Shown here: positions 8,116 through 17,301 of the stretch, piece by piece
Layout: the number at the start of each line of letters is the position of its first letter
Position numbering within the stretch: position 1 is the first letter of the stretch
From: Myxococcales bacterium
GTDB taxonomy: Bacteria; Myxococcota_A; UBA9042
Length of the DNA: 21,237 nt
NCBI GenBank assembly: GCA_037441385.1
Contig: JBBISH010000110.1
Coordinates: 1-21,237, forward strand
Reading direction: 5' to 3'
Position numbers and translations under genes: made by a program
Notes under the pieces: generated by a model
The model's database searches: none
Seen by the model: only the letters and a program-made list of their open reading frames with translations
What the model was told of the DNA's origin: nothing

Positions 8116-8957
8116 CGCTGCTGTTGTTCCTGTGGCAGACCCTGCGGATTGCCGCGCCTTACCTGCTGGCGGCGGCCGGCGGCGTGGTGGCCGAGCGGGC
8201 AGGTGTGGTCAGCCTGACCCTGGAAGGCTATCTACTTTCCGGTGCTTTTGGCGCGGTCGCCGCGGCTCACTGGGGCCAGAGCGCCTGGCTGGGGGTCCTG
8301 GGCGGCCTGGGCGCCGGTCTGCTGTTTGGCGCATTGCACGCCCTGGCGAGCGTCCGCTTCAAGGCGGACCAGATCGTGGCTGGCGTGGCCTTGAACCTGC
8401 TGGCGGTGGGGCTGACGCGGTTCCTGCTGCAGATGGGCTTTGACTCGAGCTCGAACTCGCCGCGGGTGCCGGGGTTCGAGGGTCTGGCGCACCCCCTGCT
8501 GTGGCTGGGGCTGCTGGTGATGCCGGTTCTTGCCTGGGTCTTGGCGCATACGCGCTACGGGCTGCGGCTCCGCGCCGTGGGCGAACACCCGCAAGCCGCT
8601 GAGTCTCTAGGTGTTTCTGTGGCGAAGGTCCGCTGGCTCGCGGTGCTGGCCTCGGGCGGTCTGGCCGGCCTGGGTGGCGCCTTCCTCTCGCTGGACCAGC
8701 ATCAGTTCACGGACCAGATGAGCGCCGGGCGCGGATTCATCGCGCTGGCCGCGGTCATTTCCGGTGGTTGGCAGCCGCAGCGGGCTGCCGTGGCCTGCCT
8801 GCTCTTTGCCGCCGCCGAGACGCTGCAAATCCAGCTGCAGGCCGCCGCCGCCGTGCCGACTCAGTTTCTGGCGCTGATCCCCTACGCCCTGACCCTGGTC
8901 GCCGTGGCGGGTCTGGTGGGAAGGAGTCGGGCGCCGGCGGCGCTGGGGCGAACCTAG
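8112..8957 (+). CDS. Nucleoside-type ABC permease (NupC/YufQ-like)
   Basis: AERAGVVSLTLEG, ADQIVAGVALN, TRYGLRLRAVGEHPQAA, AGRGFIALAA, PAALG; ATGA overlap with the upstream permease. Confidence 0.93.
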   Translation: MTLLLFLWQTLRIAAPYLLAAAGGVVAERAGVVSLTLEGYLLSGAFGAVAAAHWGQSAWLGVLGGLGAGLLFGALHALASVRFKADQIVAGVALNLLAVGLTRFLLQMGFDSSSNSPRVPGFEGLAHPLLWLGLLVMPVLAWVLAHTRYGLRLRAVGEHPQAAESLGVSVAKVRWLAVLASGGLAGLGGAFLSLDQHQFTDQMSAGRGFIALAAVISGGWQPQRAAVACLLFAAAETLQIQLQAAAAVPTQFLALIPYALTLVAVAGLVGRSRAPAALGRT

Positions 8958-8975
8958 CCGGGCCAAGGAGGTCGG

Positions 8976-9170
8976 ATGCGCTGGGTCCTGGTGTTGCTGC
9001 TGGCGTGGTCGGCCACCAGTTGCACGCTGGGTGGACCGTGGCACGACCTGGATGTGGGGGACGCAGACGCGGTCGATCCCTGCGCCAGCTGCAATCCGTG
9101 CATCCCGGGCTCGTGCAAGGGGTGCCACCCGGACGACGCCGGGAGCGACACCAAGTACTGCCCGGACTAG
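8976..9170 (+). CDS. Small (64 aa) Cys-rich putative lipoprotein
   Basis: Strong SD AAGGAGGT before ATG; signal MRWVLVLLLAWSATS-C; six more Cys (C36, 39, 42, 47, 50, 62); coding-like GC3; 18 nt after the permease stop. Confidence 0.7.
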   Translation: MRWVLVLLLAWSATSCTLGGPWHDLDVGDADAVDPCASCNPCIPGSCKGCHPDDAGSDTKYCPD

Positions 9171-9235
9171 CCCGCGCACACGGTGTCCGACACGATGCAC
9201 CCTTGTGTCTAGTGCCCGAATTTATTCGGCAATCT

Positions 9236-11017
9236 TCATTCCGAGAGTGCGATGCCCAGCTCGCGCAGCTGCTTGCCGTCCACGGCGCAGGGCGCGTCGC
9301 TCATCAGGTCCGTGGCGCGAGCGGTCTTGGGGAAGGCGATGACGTCGCGGAGGCTGTCGGCGCCGGTCAGCAGCATGATCAGGCGGTCCAGACCCAGCGC
9401 GATACCGCCGTGCGGCGGGGTGCCGTACTTCAGCGCGTCGACGAAGAAGCCGAACTTGCCCCGGATGTCCTCGTCGCTCAAGCCCAGCAGCGAGAACACC
9501 TTGGCCTGCACGTCGCTTTGGTGAATCCGGATCGAGCCGCCGCCCAGCTCGATGCCGTTGACCACCAGGTCGTAGGCCTGCGCCAGCACGCTGCCGGGGT
9601 CGGACTCCAGCTTGTCCATGTGGTCCAGGCGCGGCGAGGTGAAGGGGTGGTGCATCGCCACCCAGCGCTTCTCCTCGTCGTCGTAGTCGAACATGGGGAA
9701 GTCGGTGACCCACAGGAAGGCCCACTTGCTTTTGTCCAGCAGGCCCAGGCGTTCGCCCGCCACCAGCCGCAGCCGCGCGCAGGCGCCGTTGGCCACGGCA
9801 GCCTTGTCCGCAACGAACAGAATCAGCGCCTTGGGGCCCACGCCCATCTTCTGCGCCAGCTCGGCCTTCAGCTCGTCGCTCAGGCCCTTGGCCACCGGGC
9901 CGCTCCAGGTGCCGTCGTCGCCGATGCGGGCCCAAGCCACGCCCTTGGCGCCAAAGTAGCTGGCCTCCTTGGGCAAAATGTCGTCCAGATCCTTGCGCGT
10001 AAACGCCGAGCCGTCCGGGATCGGCACCGCCTTGATCATCCCGCCCGACTCGAGCGCACCGGCAAAGACGCGGAATTCGGTGCGGCCGCGCAGCGTCTCG
10101 GTGGCGTCGAACAGGGGCATGCCAAAGCGCAGATCCGGCTTGTCGCAGCCGTACTTGTCCATCGCCTCCTGGAAGCTCATCCGCGGCAGCGGCCGCGGCA
10201 CCTCGTAGCCCAGCACTTCGCTCCAAATCCGCGCCACGTAGCCTTCCAGCAGGTCCCACAGCTGCTCGCGGGTCACGAACGACAGCTCCAGGTCCAGCTG
10301 GGTAAATTCGGGCTGGCGATCGGCGCGCAGGTCCTCGTCGCGGAAGCAGCGGCAAATCTGCATGTAGCGATCCATGCCGGCCATCATCAACAACTGCTTG
10401 AATTGCTGGGGCGACTGCGGCAGCGCGTAGAACTGGCCGGGGTGCACGCGGCTGGGCACCAGATAGTCGCGCGCGCCCTCGGGGGTCGACTTGGTCAGGA
10501 TCGGCGTCTCCAGCTCCAAGAAACCGTGCTCCGTGAAGTAGGCGCGGGTCGACTGGGTCACCGCCGAGCGCATCGCAAAGTTCTTGGTCAGCTCGGGCCG
10601 GCGCAAGTCCAAGTAGCGGTACTGCAAGCGCAGATCGTCGTTGGCGTTCACGCCGTCCTTGATCTCGAAGGGCGGGGTCTGGGCCTCGCTCAGGACCTCC
10701 AGCTCAAAGACCTCGATCTCGATCTCGCCGGTGGGGATCTTGCTGTTGCTGTTGGCGCCGCGCGAAATGACCTTGCCGCGGGCGGCGATCACCCACTCGG
10801 GGCGCAGCGTCATCGCCAGGGCGTGCACCTCGGGCCGGTCCGTCTCGCAGTGCAACTGCACGAAACCGCTACGATCCCGCAGATCGACAAACATCACGCC
10901 GCCGTGGTGGCGATACGACTGAACCCAGCCCGTCACGGTGACTTCGCGGCCCACGTCGCTGCCGCGGAAAGTGCCGTTGAGTTGCGTACGGGGGTGAGAA
11001 GCAAGCAGATTCGACAT
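9236..11017 (-). CDS. aspS: Aspartyl-tRNA synthetase (bacterial type, probably non-discriminating Asp/Asn)
   Basis: [97 protein letters not shown] upstream of ATG 11017. Confidence 0.98.
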   Translation of the reverse strand: MSNLLASHPRTQLNGTFRGSDVGREVTVTGWVQSYRHHGGVMFVDLRDRSGFVQLHCETDRPEVHALAMTLRPEWVIAARGKVISRGANSNSKIPTGEIEIEVFELEVLSEAQTPPFEIKDGVNANDDLRLQYRYLDLRRPELTKNFAMRSAVTQSTRAYFTEHGFLELETPILTKSTPEGARDYLVPSRVHPGQFYALPQSPQQFKQLLMMAGMDRYMQICRCFRDEDLRADRQPEFTQLDLELSFVTREQLWDLLEGYVARIWSEVLGYEVPRPLPRMSFQEAMDKYGCDKPDLRFGMPLFDATETLRGRTEFRVFAGALESGGMIKAVPIPDGSAFTRKDLDDILPKEASYFGAKGVAWARIGDDGTWSGPVAKGLSDELKAELAQKMGVGPKALILFVADKAAVANGACARLRLVAGERLGLLDKSKWAFLWVTDFPMFDYDDEEKRWVAMHHPFTSPRLDHMDKLESDPGSVLAQAYDLVVNGIELGGGSIRIHQSDVQAKVFSLLGLSDEDIRGKFGFFVDALKYGTPPHGGIALGLDRLIMLLTGADSLRDVIAFPKTARATDLMSDAPCAVDGKQLRELGIALSE

Positions 11018-11080
11018 CGTTCCTTCCTGACTCGCCTGGCCGCGAGCGCGCGGGAGCATAGGGGTTTTGCGCCGGTTTGG

Positions 11081-11815
11081 CTACGGCCGTGTCGGGACCG
11101 CCAACGCCGCCAGATCCAGGCCGTGATCGGTGGCGAATTCCAGAAGATCGCGAGGAAACGGACTTTGAATGCGCAGCACCGCGCCGGTCCGCGGGTGGTC
11201 CAGCTCGATCTGCCACGCGTGCAACAGGATCCGAGGTGCTGGCGGCTGTCCCTGGGCGCCATACAGCCCATCGCCGGCCAGAGGTAGGCCAAGTCCAGAC
11301 AAATGAGCGCGAATTTGATGCCGCCGCCCCGTCTCGGGCTGGATCACCACCGCGCAGACCGACCGGTTGTTTTGCGCGGCCACAATCTGCGATCGCGCCA
11401 CTTCGCCGCCGCTTCGCACCGACGTCATCCGCTCGCGGCCGCGCGCCTTCTGTGGTTTCAGGTAGTTGTGCACAGTGTGGGGCAGCGTGGCGGCCCATTT
11501 TCCCTCGCACACCGCCACATAGGTTTTGTGCACGCGGCGTTCGGCAAAGGCCCGGCCCAGCTCGGCCTCTAGGGTCTTGTTGCGCGCCAGCAACAGCACG
11601 CCCGAGGTCTCGACATCCAGCCGATGCACCAACCCGATCTGTTGCGTAGGATCCCGGCGCTGCAGTAGGCCAAGTACGCTCGGCCGCAGCGGATCGCGGG
11701 TGGGATGCACGGGCAGACCCGGCGGCTTGTCCACCGCCAAGAGCCCGTCCTGGTCAAACAACACCATCAGGTCAGGCCGCGCGACCCCAGAGTTTGGCAA
11801 AGGCTCGGTGGGCAT
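11081..11815 (-). CDS. RluA/RluC/RluD-family pseudouridine synthase (no S4 domain)
   Basis: AVDKPPGLPVHP, catalytic HRLDVETSG, HKTYVAV, TGRRHQIRAHL, GDGLYG, LLHAW. The 94 upstream codons of the tracked ORF overlap the divergent M16 gene and are not family-like. Confidence 0.92.
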   Translation of the reverse strand: MPTEPLPNSGVARPDLMVLFDQDGLLAVDKPPGLPVHPTRDPLRPSVLGLLQRRDPTQQIGLVHRLDVETSGVLLLARNKTLEAELGRAFAERRVHKTYVAVCEGKWAATLPHTVHNYLKPQKARGRERMTSVRSGGEVARSQIVAAQNNRSVCAVVIQPETGRRHQIRAHLSGLGLPLAGDGLYGAQGQPPAPRILLHAWQIELDHPRTGAVLRIQSPFPRDLLEFATDHGLDLAALAVPTRP

Positions 11816-11870
11816 GCCAACACCGTAGAGCCGCGGGCCACAAAGGGCAAGTTGGCGCTCCGCCGCGAAT

Positions 11871-11899
11871 TTGGCCGGCGCCGCCCGCGATGCTACGCT
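11871..11899 (+). promoter_or_regulatory. Candidate sigma70-type promoter for the M16 operon
   Basis: TTGGCC (11871-76), 17-bp spacer, TACGCT (11894-99) preceded by an extended TG; 26 nt before ATG 11926 and its GGAG SD. Confidence 0.4.
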
Positions 11900-11925
11900 C
11901 GCCAGGGAGTTTTTGCGGAGAACCC

Positions 11926-13494
11926 ATGACGAACCTGCCATTGCGAGCCCTTGCCTGGACCGCTGCCGTTGCCGCGCTGCTTCTCGCTGCGCCCGCGGCC
12001 GACGCCGCCAAGAAGAAGCCGGCCGCGGTCGCCCCGCAGGCCGCTCCGGAACCGCCGCCACCATTGCCCAAGCCATGGCCAGTTCAGCGTTTTTCACTGG
12101 ACAACGGCATGCGTGTGGTGGTGCACACCGACCGATCGGCGCCGATCGTCGCGGTCGGCATCCTGGTCGATGTGGGTTCGCGCGACGAGGTGGCCGGCAA
12201 GTCCGGGCTCGCGCACTTCTTTGAGCACATGATGTTCCAGGGTTCCAAGCATGTGGGCAAGATGGAGCACCTATCGCGGCTCGAGGCCCAGGGCGCTGAG
12301 GTCAACGCCAACACGTCGAGCGATCGCACGTGGTACTATCAGGTGGTGCCGCGGCCGGCACTGCAATTGGCGCTGTGGCTCGAGGCCGATCGTTTCGAGT
12401 TCTTGGCCATCGACCAAAAAAACGTGGACAACCAGCGGCAGGCCGTGCTGGCCGAGATGGCCGAACGCATCGACAACCGCCCCCTGGCCCGCGCTTCTTT
12501 GGAAGTCGAGGCCAAGGCCTACGCCGCGTGGGAAATGGGGCATCCCACCATCGGCAGCTCGGAGGACCTGCAAAAGGCGCCGCTGCAAGACTTCGTCGAT
12601 TTTTGGAAGCGCTGGTATTCGCCGAACAACTGCGTGCTCGTCCTCTCGGGCGACATCGACGCGGATCAAGCCAAGCCGCTGTTGGCCGAGACGCTGGCCA
12701 AAGTGCAGCGGCGCAGCGAGCCCAAGCGGGGCGCGAGCAACCTTGCAGAACCCAACGCCCATGTGGCTGCGAGCGTGCCGGACGCGCTGGCCAAGTCGGC
12801 GGCGGTGCATCTGGCCTGGCGCGTGCCGGCCTACCCGTCCGACGACGCCTGTGCGCTGGACCTGCTGGGGCAAGTGCTGGGGGGCGACGAGTCCAGTCGG
12901 CTCGAGAAGCGGCTGGTCCGCGAGAAACCGCTGGCTGTGTCGTACTTTGCCGGCACCCACGGCCGCCGCGAGGCGGACCTGTTCCACATCTCGGCCGAGC
13001 TTGCCGGGGGCTCGCCGGCGCAACTGGTCGAAGTCAAGCGCCGCATCACCGAAGAAGTTTTGGCGATTGCCCAGGGCGGCGTGACGCCGGCTGAACTGCA
13101 GCGCGCCCGTTTGGCCTTTGAGACGGCCTGGGTCGAGGCGGCGACCAAGCCCGAGGTGCGTGCGGAATTGCTCGCCCAATTCGAGACTTGGCTGGGTGAT
13201 GCCGGCAAGGTCGCCGACCTGCTCCCCCGCTACCGGGCCGTGACGCCCGCGGACCTGCAGCGGGTGGCCCGTCAGTACCTGACGTGGGACCGGATGGTCG
13301 AAATGGACGCGATTCCCTCGACGTGGACGCCCGCCAAGCCCACCGGCAAGCCGGATTGGATCGCCCGGATCGAAAAAGCCATCGCCGCCGAGCAGGCCAA
13401 AGCCGCCGCTGCGCCGGTCCCGGCTCCGGCTGCGGCCCCCGCGACCGCGCCTTTGCCAGAGGCACAGACCCCCGCCGCACCGGAGGCCAAGTAA
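11926..13494 (+). CDS. M16B (pitrilysin/insulinase family) zinc peptidase, catalytic subunit, exported
   Basis: Signal peptide (AWTAAVAALLLAAPAADA); LDNGMRVV, VGSRDE, inverted zinc motif GLAHFFEHMMFQGS, NANTSSDRTWY, candidate distal Glu in AVLAEM; Ala/Pro-rich tail. Confidence 0.93.
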   Translation: MTNLPLRALAWTAAVAALLLAAPAADAAKKKPAAVAPQAAPEPPPPLPKPWPVQRFSLDNGMRVVVHTDRSAPIVAVGILVDVGSRDEVAGKSGLAHFFEHMMFQGSKHVGKMEHLSRLEAQGAEVNANTSSDRTWYYQVVPRPALQLALWLEADRFEFLAIDQKNVDNQRQAVLAEMAERIDNRPLARASLEVEAKAYAAWEMGHPTIGSSEDLQKAPLQDFVDFWKRWYSPNNCVLVLSGDIDADQAKPLLAETLAKVQRRSEPKRGASNLAEPNAHVAASVPDALAKSAAVHLAWRVPAYPSDDACALDLLGQVLGGDESSRLEKRLVREKPLAVSYFAGTHGRREADLFHISAELAGGSPAQLVEVKRRITEEVLAIAQGGVTPAELQRARLAFETAWVEAATKPEVRAELLAQFETWLGDAGKVADLLPRYRAVTPADLQRVARQYLTWDRMVEMDAIPSTWTPAKPTGKPDWIARIEKAIAAEQAKAAAAPVPAPAAAPATAPLPEAQTPAAPEAK

Positions 13495-16400
13495 TGCAAA
13501 AGCGCAAGAACATGGCCGTGGTGCTGGCGGTGCTGGGTCTGACGAGCGGTGCGCTGTGGGCCTGCAGCGCTCCCAAAAAGCAGGACTTTGCCGTCAAGGT
13601 CGACACCGGCCCGCAGGGCGACGACTGGCCAGTCCGACCCGAGGTGAAAGGTCGCGTAGAAGCCCAGTTCCCGGCCGTGCAGCGCCAGACGCTGCAAGTG
13701 GGCGGCGTCGACGCGTTGGACGTGCGCCTAGTCGAGAGGCGTGATCAACCCGTGGTGGTGCTGCGCTGGATCGTCCCAGGCGGCCGCGCGGCCGAGTGGC
13801 AAAGTGGTCCGGCCGCGGCGCCGGGCAAGAAGGGCGCAAAGACGCCCGCCAACGCGCGCTGGCCCGAAGGGACGTCGCAGCTGATGGCCGACTTGCTCAC
13901 CATGGGCACCAAGCACCACCCGGGCCAGTCCTACGCGGCGGCGTTGGGCGAACTGGGCGCCCACCTAGAGGTGCAGGTGCTCAGCGACGCGACCGTGGTG
14001 AGCGCGCGGGTGATGTCGCACAAAGTCGCCCCGCTCCTCGCTCTTTTGCACGAGACCTTGACCGAGCCCAGTTTGGAACCGGCGGCGCTGGACAACCTGA
14101 AACGGCGCTACCGATCCGAGCTCCAGAACGAGGCGGGCGACGCCGAGGCCACCGCGCACCGCCTGGGCCTGCGCCTGACCTACGGGCCGGATCATCCATA
14201 CGGATCCGCGGGTGCGACGCTGGAGTCCATCGACAAGATCCAACTGCCCCACGTGCGCGCGGCTTGGCAACGGCTGACCCAGTTGGGCGGCTCGACGCTG
14301 GTTGCGGTGGGCGATACCGATATGGCAAGCCTGGTAGCGCAGTTGCAGGGCCCGTTTGCCGCAGAGCTGAGCAAGCGCGCCGTGTATGCGCCCGTGCCGT
14401 TGCCGCAGGCCATCACCGGCGACACCTGCTGGGTCGTGGACCTGCCCGAGGGGCAACAGACTGCGCTGGTTCAAGTTTCGGCCTCGCCGTCGCGGCGCGC
14501 CAAGATCTGGCCGGTGCTCAGCGTCGCCAACCAGATCTTGGGCGGCTCAGCGTCGTCGCGACTGTTCGCCGACTTGCGCGAGAAGCGCGGGCTGACCTAC
14601 GGGATCTACTCGGGGTTTGATGGCCGGCGCGACGCTGGCCGCTGGGCCGTGACGTCGCAGGTGCGGAGCGACGCCGCCGGCGAGGCGCTCTTGGCCATCG
14701 ACGAGCACGTACTGCGGGCCCGCCGCGAGCCGCCGCAAGCAGGCGAACTGGCCGATGCGACTCGCTATCTCGCTGGCCAGTTTGCTCTCGCCTTGGCCGC
14801 GCCGGACCAAGTGGCCGAGTTCTTGGCCGCCGAGGCGCTCTATGGGTTGGACCGCGACGTTTGGCATAACTACGCAGATACGATACAGAATGTTACCGGC
14901 GATCAGGTGGTAGAGGCCACGGTGTCGGCGATTGCCGCGGGCGGCCGCGCGTCGGTGCTGGTGGGGCCGTTGGCACAGATGCGGCCGGGCATCGACGCGG
15001 CCTGCCGGCGCATCGTCCAGCAAAACGTGCAAGGTCAGCAGGTTGCCGTCTTGTTGGGCAGCGACGCCGAGATGAGCGACGGCGGCCGCGTCCGGGCCTT
15101 TGCCGCGTGGGCCAAAGCCGCCCCCGGTCTGGTCGCCGCGGCGCGTTTTGCCTTGGATGTTCAGCGCAACCTGGACTTCCGCGCCCAGGCCCTGGCTGCT
15201 GCGGCGCGCGGGCCGGCCTTTGCTCAGGTGGCGGCAGCCGGGCGGCAAAGCAGCGACTGGAAGGCGGCGCTGGCCACGGCATTGGCTGCAAAACTGTTGG
15301 CCTCTCTGGTCGATAGCGACGCCGAGGTGCAGCACCACGCCCACGCCGTGTTGATGGCCCTAGCCGTGACCCAGACGGGTGGCGATCGCGACCTAAACGG
15401 CCCGGCTAGCGAGCAAGTGCTGGCCGCCGTTGCCCAATGGGCCTTTTCCGGTGTCGATTCCGGCAAGACCGCCGACGAGATTCGCGCCCTGGCCGAGGGC
15501 CGGTTGGATCCGGGCGATGTGGCCCATCTGGGGGCGGCGGCTCCCGATGCGTTGGAACAGTGGCTGGCGGCCGACGTTCGCCGCCTCGAGGCCGCGCAAG
15601 CCTTGCATGCCGCCGGTACGGTCGAGGCGCAAAAGGCGCTGGTGCGCGGCTACCGGCGCTTCTTTGGCCACGGCGGCGTGCCCAATGCCCAGGATTTGGC
15701 CATCTTGCGCAGCCAGCCTGGGATCGACGCACTGGTGCTCCTGCTCGACGTGCACGCCGCACACGAGCGCTCGGACGATCCGGCCCGCAAGGCCACCACG
15801 GCCGCCGCCATGGTCACGCTGCGGCAGCTGGCCGAGACCTTGGCCGCGCCGGACAAGGACGGCAAGTCCATCCTGCAGGAGCAATTCAGCAAGGTCGAAG
15901 GCCACTTCGAGAATCTGCTGGCGATGCGCAACGCCGACGACCGCTGGTACGCGGCCGAAAAGCTCATCACCTATCGCGGTGTTCCTGGGCTCCGCCGCGT
16001 CTTGTCGGATCTGGCGGTCGACGACCACTACCGCCAACCGGCCTTCCGCACCCTTGACCCCAAGCGGGCCATGGCCCTGCTGGCCCGTGATTTCATTGCA
16101 CCTTTGGGCGGGGATGCCGAGTCCGCTTTGCTGGCCGGTCTGGCGGCGCGCAACCCGGTGGGCAAGGTGGTGGCGGTGGCCGGCCTGAAGGCGCTGGGCA
16201 GCCACGGCGCGCGGTCGGCCCTGCAGACCTGCACCGACGATACGGACGCTGCCCCCTATGTCGAGCTCGCGCCGCCAGTGACGGTGCGCGACTTGGCGGT
16301 GGCGGCAGCGGACGTGCTCAAGTTCATGGCAGAAGTCGATGCGATGGTCGAAAAAGGCCAGATGGGCCCCGAGTCGGCCAAGCAGTACAAAGAAATCGCC

Positions 16401-16514
16401 TACTTTACCGTGGACCTGACGGATCGTCGCTTGCGCGCAGAGGTGCAGCGCCAACTGACCGCCCCGGCCGCCGGACCGGCCAAGCCGGCGACCGCAACCG
16501 ACGATTTGCCGTAG
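13494..16514 (+). CDS. M16B non-catalytic partner lipoprotein (~1006 aa) with a long C-terminal helical/HEAT-like extension
   Basis: TAATG overlap with the upstream stop; lipobox ALWA-C; HxxEH replaced by QLMAD; substrate-binding SRLFADLREKRGLTYG (R/Y pair); M16 fold ends ~14990; the remaining ~490 aa are Ala/Leu-rich helices. Confidence 0.85.
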   Translation: MQKRKNMAVVLAVLGLTSGALWACSAPKKQDFAVKVDTGPQGDDWPVRPEVKGRVEAQFPAVQRQTLQVGGVDALDVRLVERRDQPVVVLRWIVPGGRAAEWQSGPAAAPGKKGAKTPANARWPEGTSQLMADLLTMGTKHHPGQSYAAALGELGAHLEVQVLSDATVVSARVMSHKVAPLLALLHETLTEPSLEPAALDNLKRRYRSELQNEAGDAEATAHRLGLRLTYGPDHPYGSAGATLESIDKIQLPHVRAAWQRLTQLGGSTLVAVGDTDMASLVAQLQGPFAAELSKRAVYAPVPLPQAITGDTCWVVDLPEGQQTALVQVSASPSRRAKIWPVLSVANQILGGSASSRLFADLREKRGLTYGIYSGFDGRRDAGRWAVTSQVRSDAAGEALLAIDEHVLRARREPPQAGELADATRYLAGQFALALAAPDQVAEFLAAEALYGLDRDVWHNYADTIQNVTGDQVVEATVSAIAAGGRASVLVGPLAQMRPGIDAACRRIVQQNVQGQQVAVLLGSDAEMSDGGRVRAFAAWAKAAPGLVAAARFALDVQRNLDFRAQALAAAARGPAFAQVAAAGRQSSDWKAALATALAAKLLASLVDSDAEVQHHAHAVLMALAVTQTGGDRDLNGPASEQVLAAVAQWAFSGVDSGKTADEIRALAEGRLDPGDVAHLGAAAPDALEQWLAADVRRLEAAQALHAAGTVEAQKALVRGYRRFFGHGGVPNAQDLAILRSQPGIDALVLLLDVHAAHERSDDPARKATTAAAMVTLRQLAETLAAPDKDGKSILQEQFSKVEGHFENLLAMRNADDRWYAAEKLITYRGVPGLRRVLSDLAVDDHYRQPAFRTLDPKRAMALLARDFIAPLGGDAESALLAGLAARNPVGKVVAVAGLKALGSHGARSALQTCTDDTDAAPYVELAPPVTVRDLAVAAADVLKFMAEVDAMVEKGQMGPESAKQYKEIAYFTVDLTDRRLRAEVQRQLTAPAAGPAKPATATDDLP

Positions 16515-16623
16515 CCGCGCGCATTTGCGCCCCTGCGCACTGGCCGGTGGCGAGGCTGGGCGAGGCGCGCTACACTGCCGCCATGGCGTGCCACCTGCCG
16601 CCCTCGCCCAAAGGATCGCCGCG

Positions 16624-17235
16624 ATGCCGCAACTTGGCCCCTTGGCCCAGCTTCCCGCCCACCTTTCCGCTCCGTTTCGCCGCCTGCCCGGTCTGGTGAT
16701 GGTGGTCGCGCTGTTGCTGGCGGGGACCGCACTCGCCGACGAGCGTCCAAGCCGTGACGCGCAAACGGCCGCGCTGCTTCAGCTTTTGCGTGCACCCCAT
16801 CCGCAGGTGGACGGGCCGTCGCTGGCTCGACTCGGCCCCGATGTGCACGCCATCCTGATCGAACAGGCCACCGCGGCGGGGGTGGAGGTCGCCATTCGCC
16901 AGCGTGCGTTGGCGTGGCTGCAGTATTTCCCAAACAATTCCAGCAAGGCCGTTCTGATGGAGGCGCTGCGCGCGCGGGGCGCCTCGGTGGGGACGGTGAG
17001 GGTCGTGCTGCGAGCCCTGGCGGTCGGCTTTGGCGTGGACGCGTTGCCCGTGTTGAGCGAGCACTTGCTCCACAAAAACGTGTATATCCGCGAGGCTGCG
17101 GCCTATGCGCTGGGCGATCTGGACGACCGGCGAGTCCCGGCCATTCTAGAGGACCAGCTGTCGCGCGAGGGCGAGCTGGCCGTTCGCGACGCGATCGAAG
17201 CCTCGCTCCAGCGCATCGCCAAACGTCGCCGCTAG
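16624..17235 (+). CDS. HEAT-repeat (PBS-lyase-like) protein with signal peptide
   Basis: VALLLAGTALA signal; repeats IRQRALAWL, VRVVLRALA, HKNVYIREAAAYALGDL, VRDAIEASL. Start uncertain (16588, 16624 or 16699). Confidence 0.8.
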   Translation: MPQLGPLAQLPAHLSAPFRRLPGLVMVVALLLAGTALADERPSRDAQTAALLQLLRAPHPQVDGPSLARLGPDVHAILIEQATAAGVEVAIRQRALAWLQYFPNNSSKAVLMEALRARGASVGTVRVVLRALAVGFGVDALPVLSEHLLHKNVYIREAAAYALGDLDDRRVPAILEDQLSREGELAVRDAIEASLQRIAKRRR

Positions 17236-17301
17236 ATCCGGGCGCGCACCGAACCACCGAATCCCACTTCCAATTCACCGCTGATTCACCGGGAGAGCCC
17301 T

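Noticed and set aside
8976..9170. Small Cys-rich ORF as a RiPP (ranthipeptide/sactipeptide) precursor
   Set aside because: It has an export/lipoprotein signal, and no radical SAM or other modifying enzyme lies nearby.
9184..9231. Palindrome GTGTC-C-GACAC and hairpin CCGAA-TTTA-TTCGG between convergent genes as a terminator
   Set aside because: Stems are only ~5 bp and have no U-tract; too weak to call.
8768..11287. 839-aa + ORF
   Set aside because: Antisense shadow of aspS with no family motifs.
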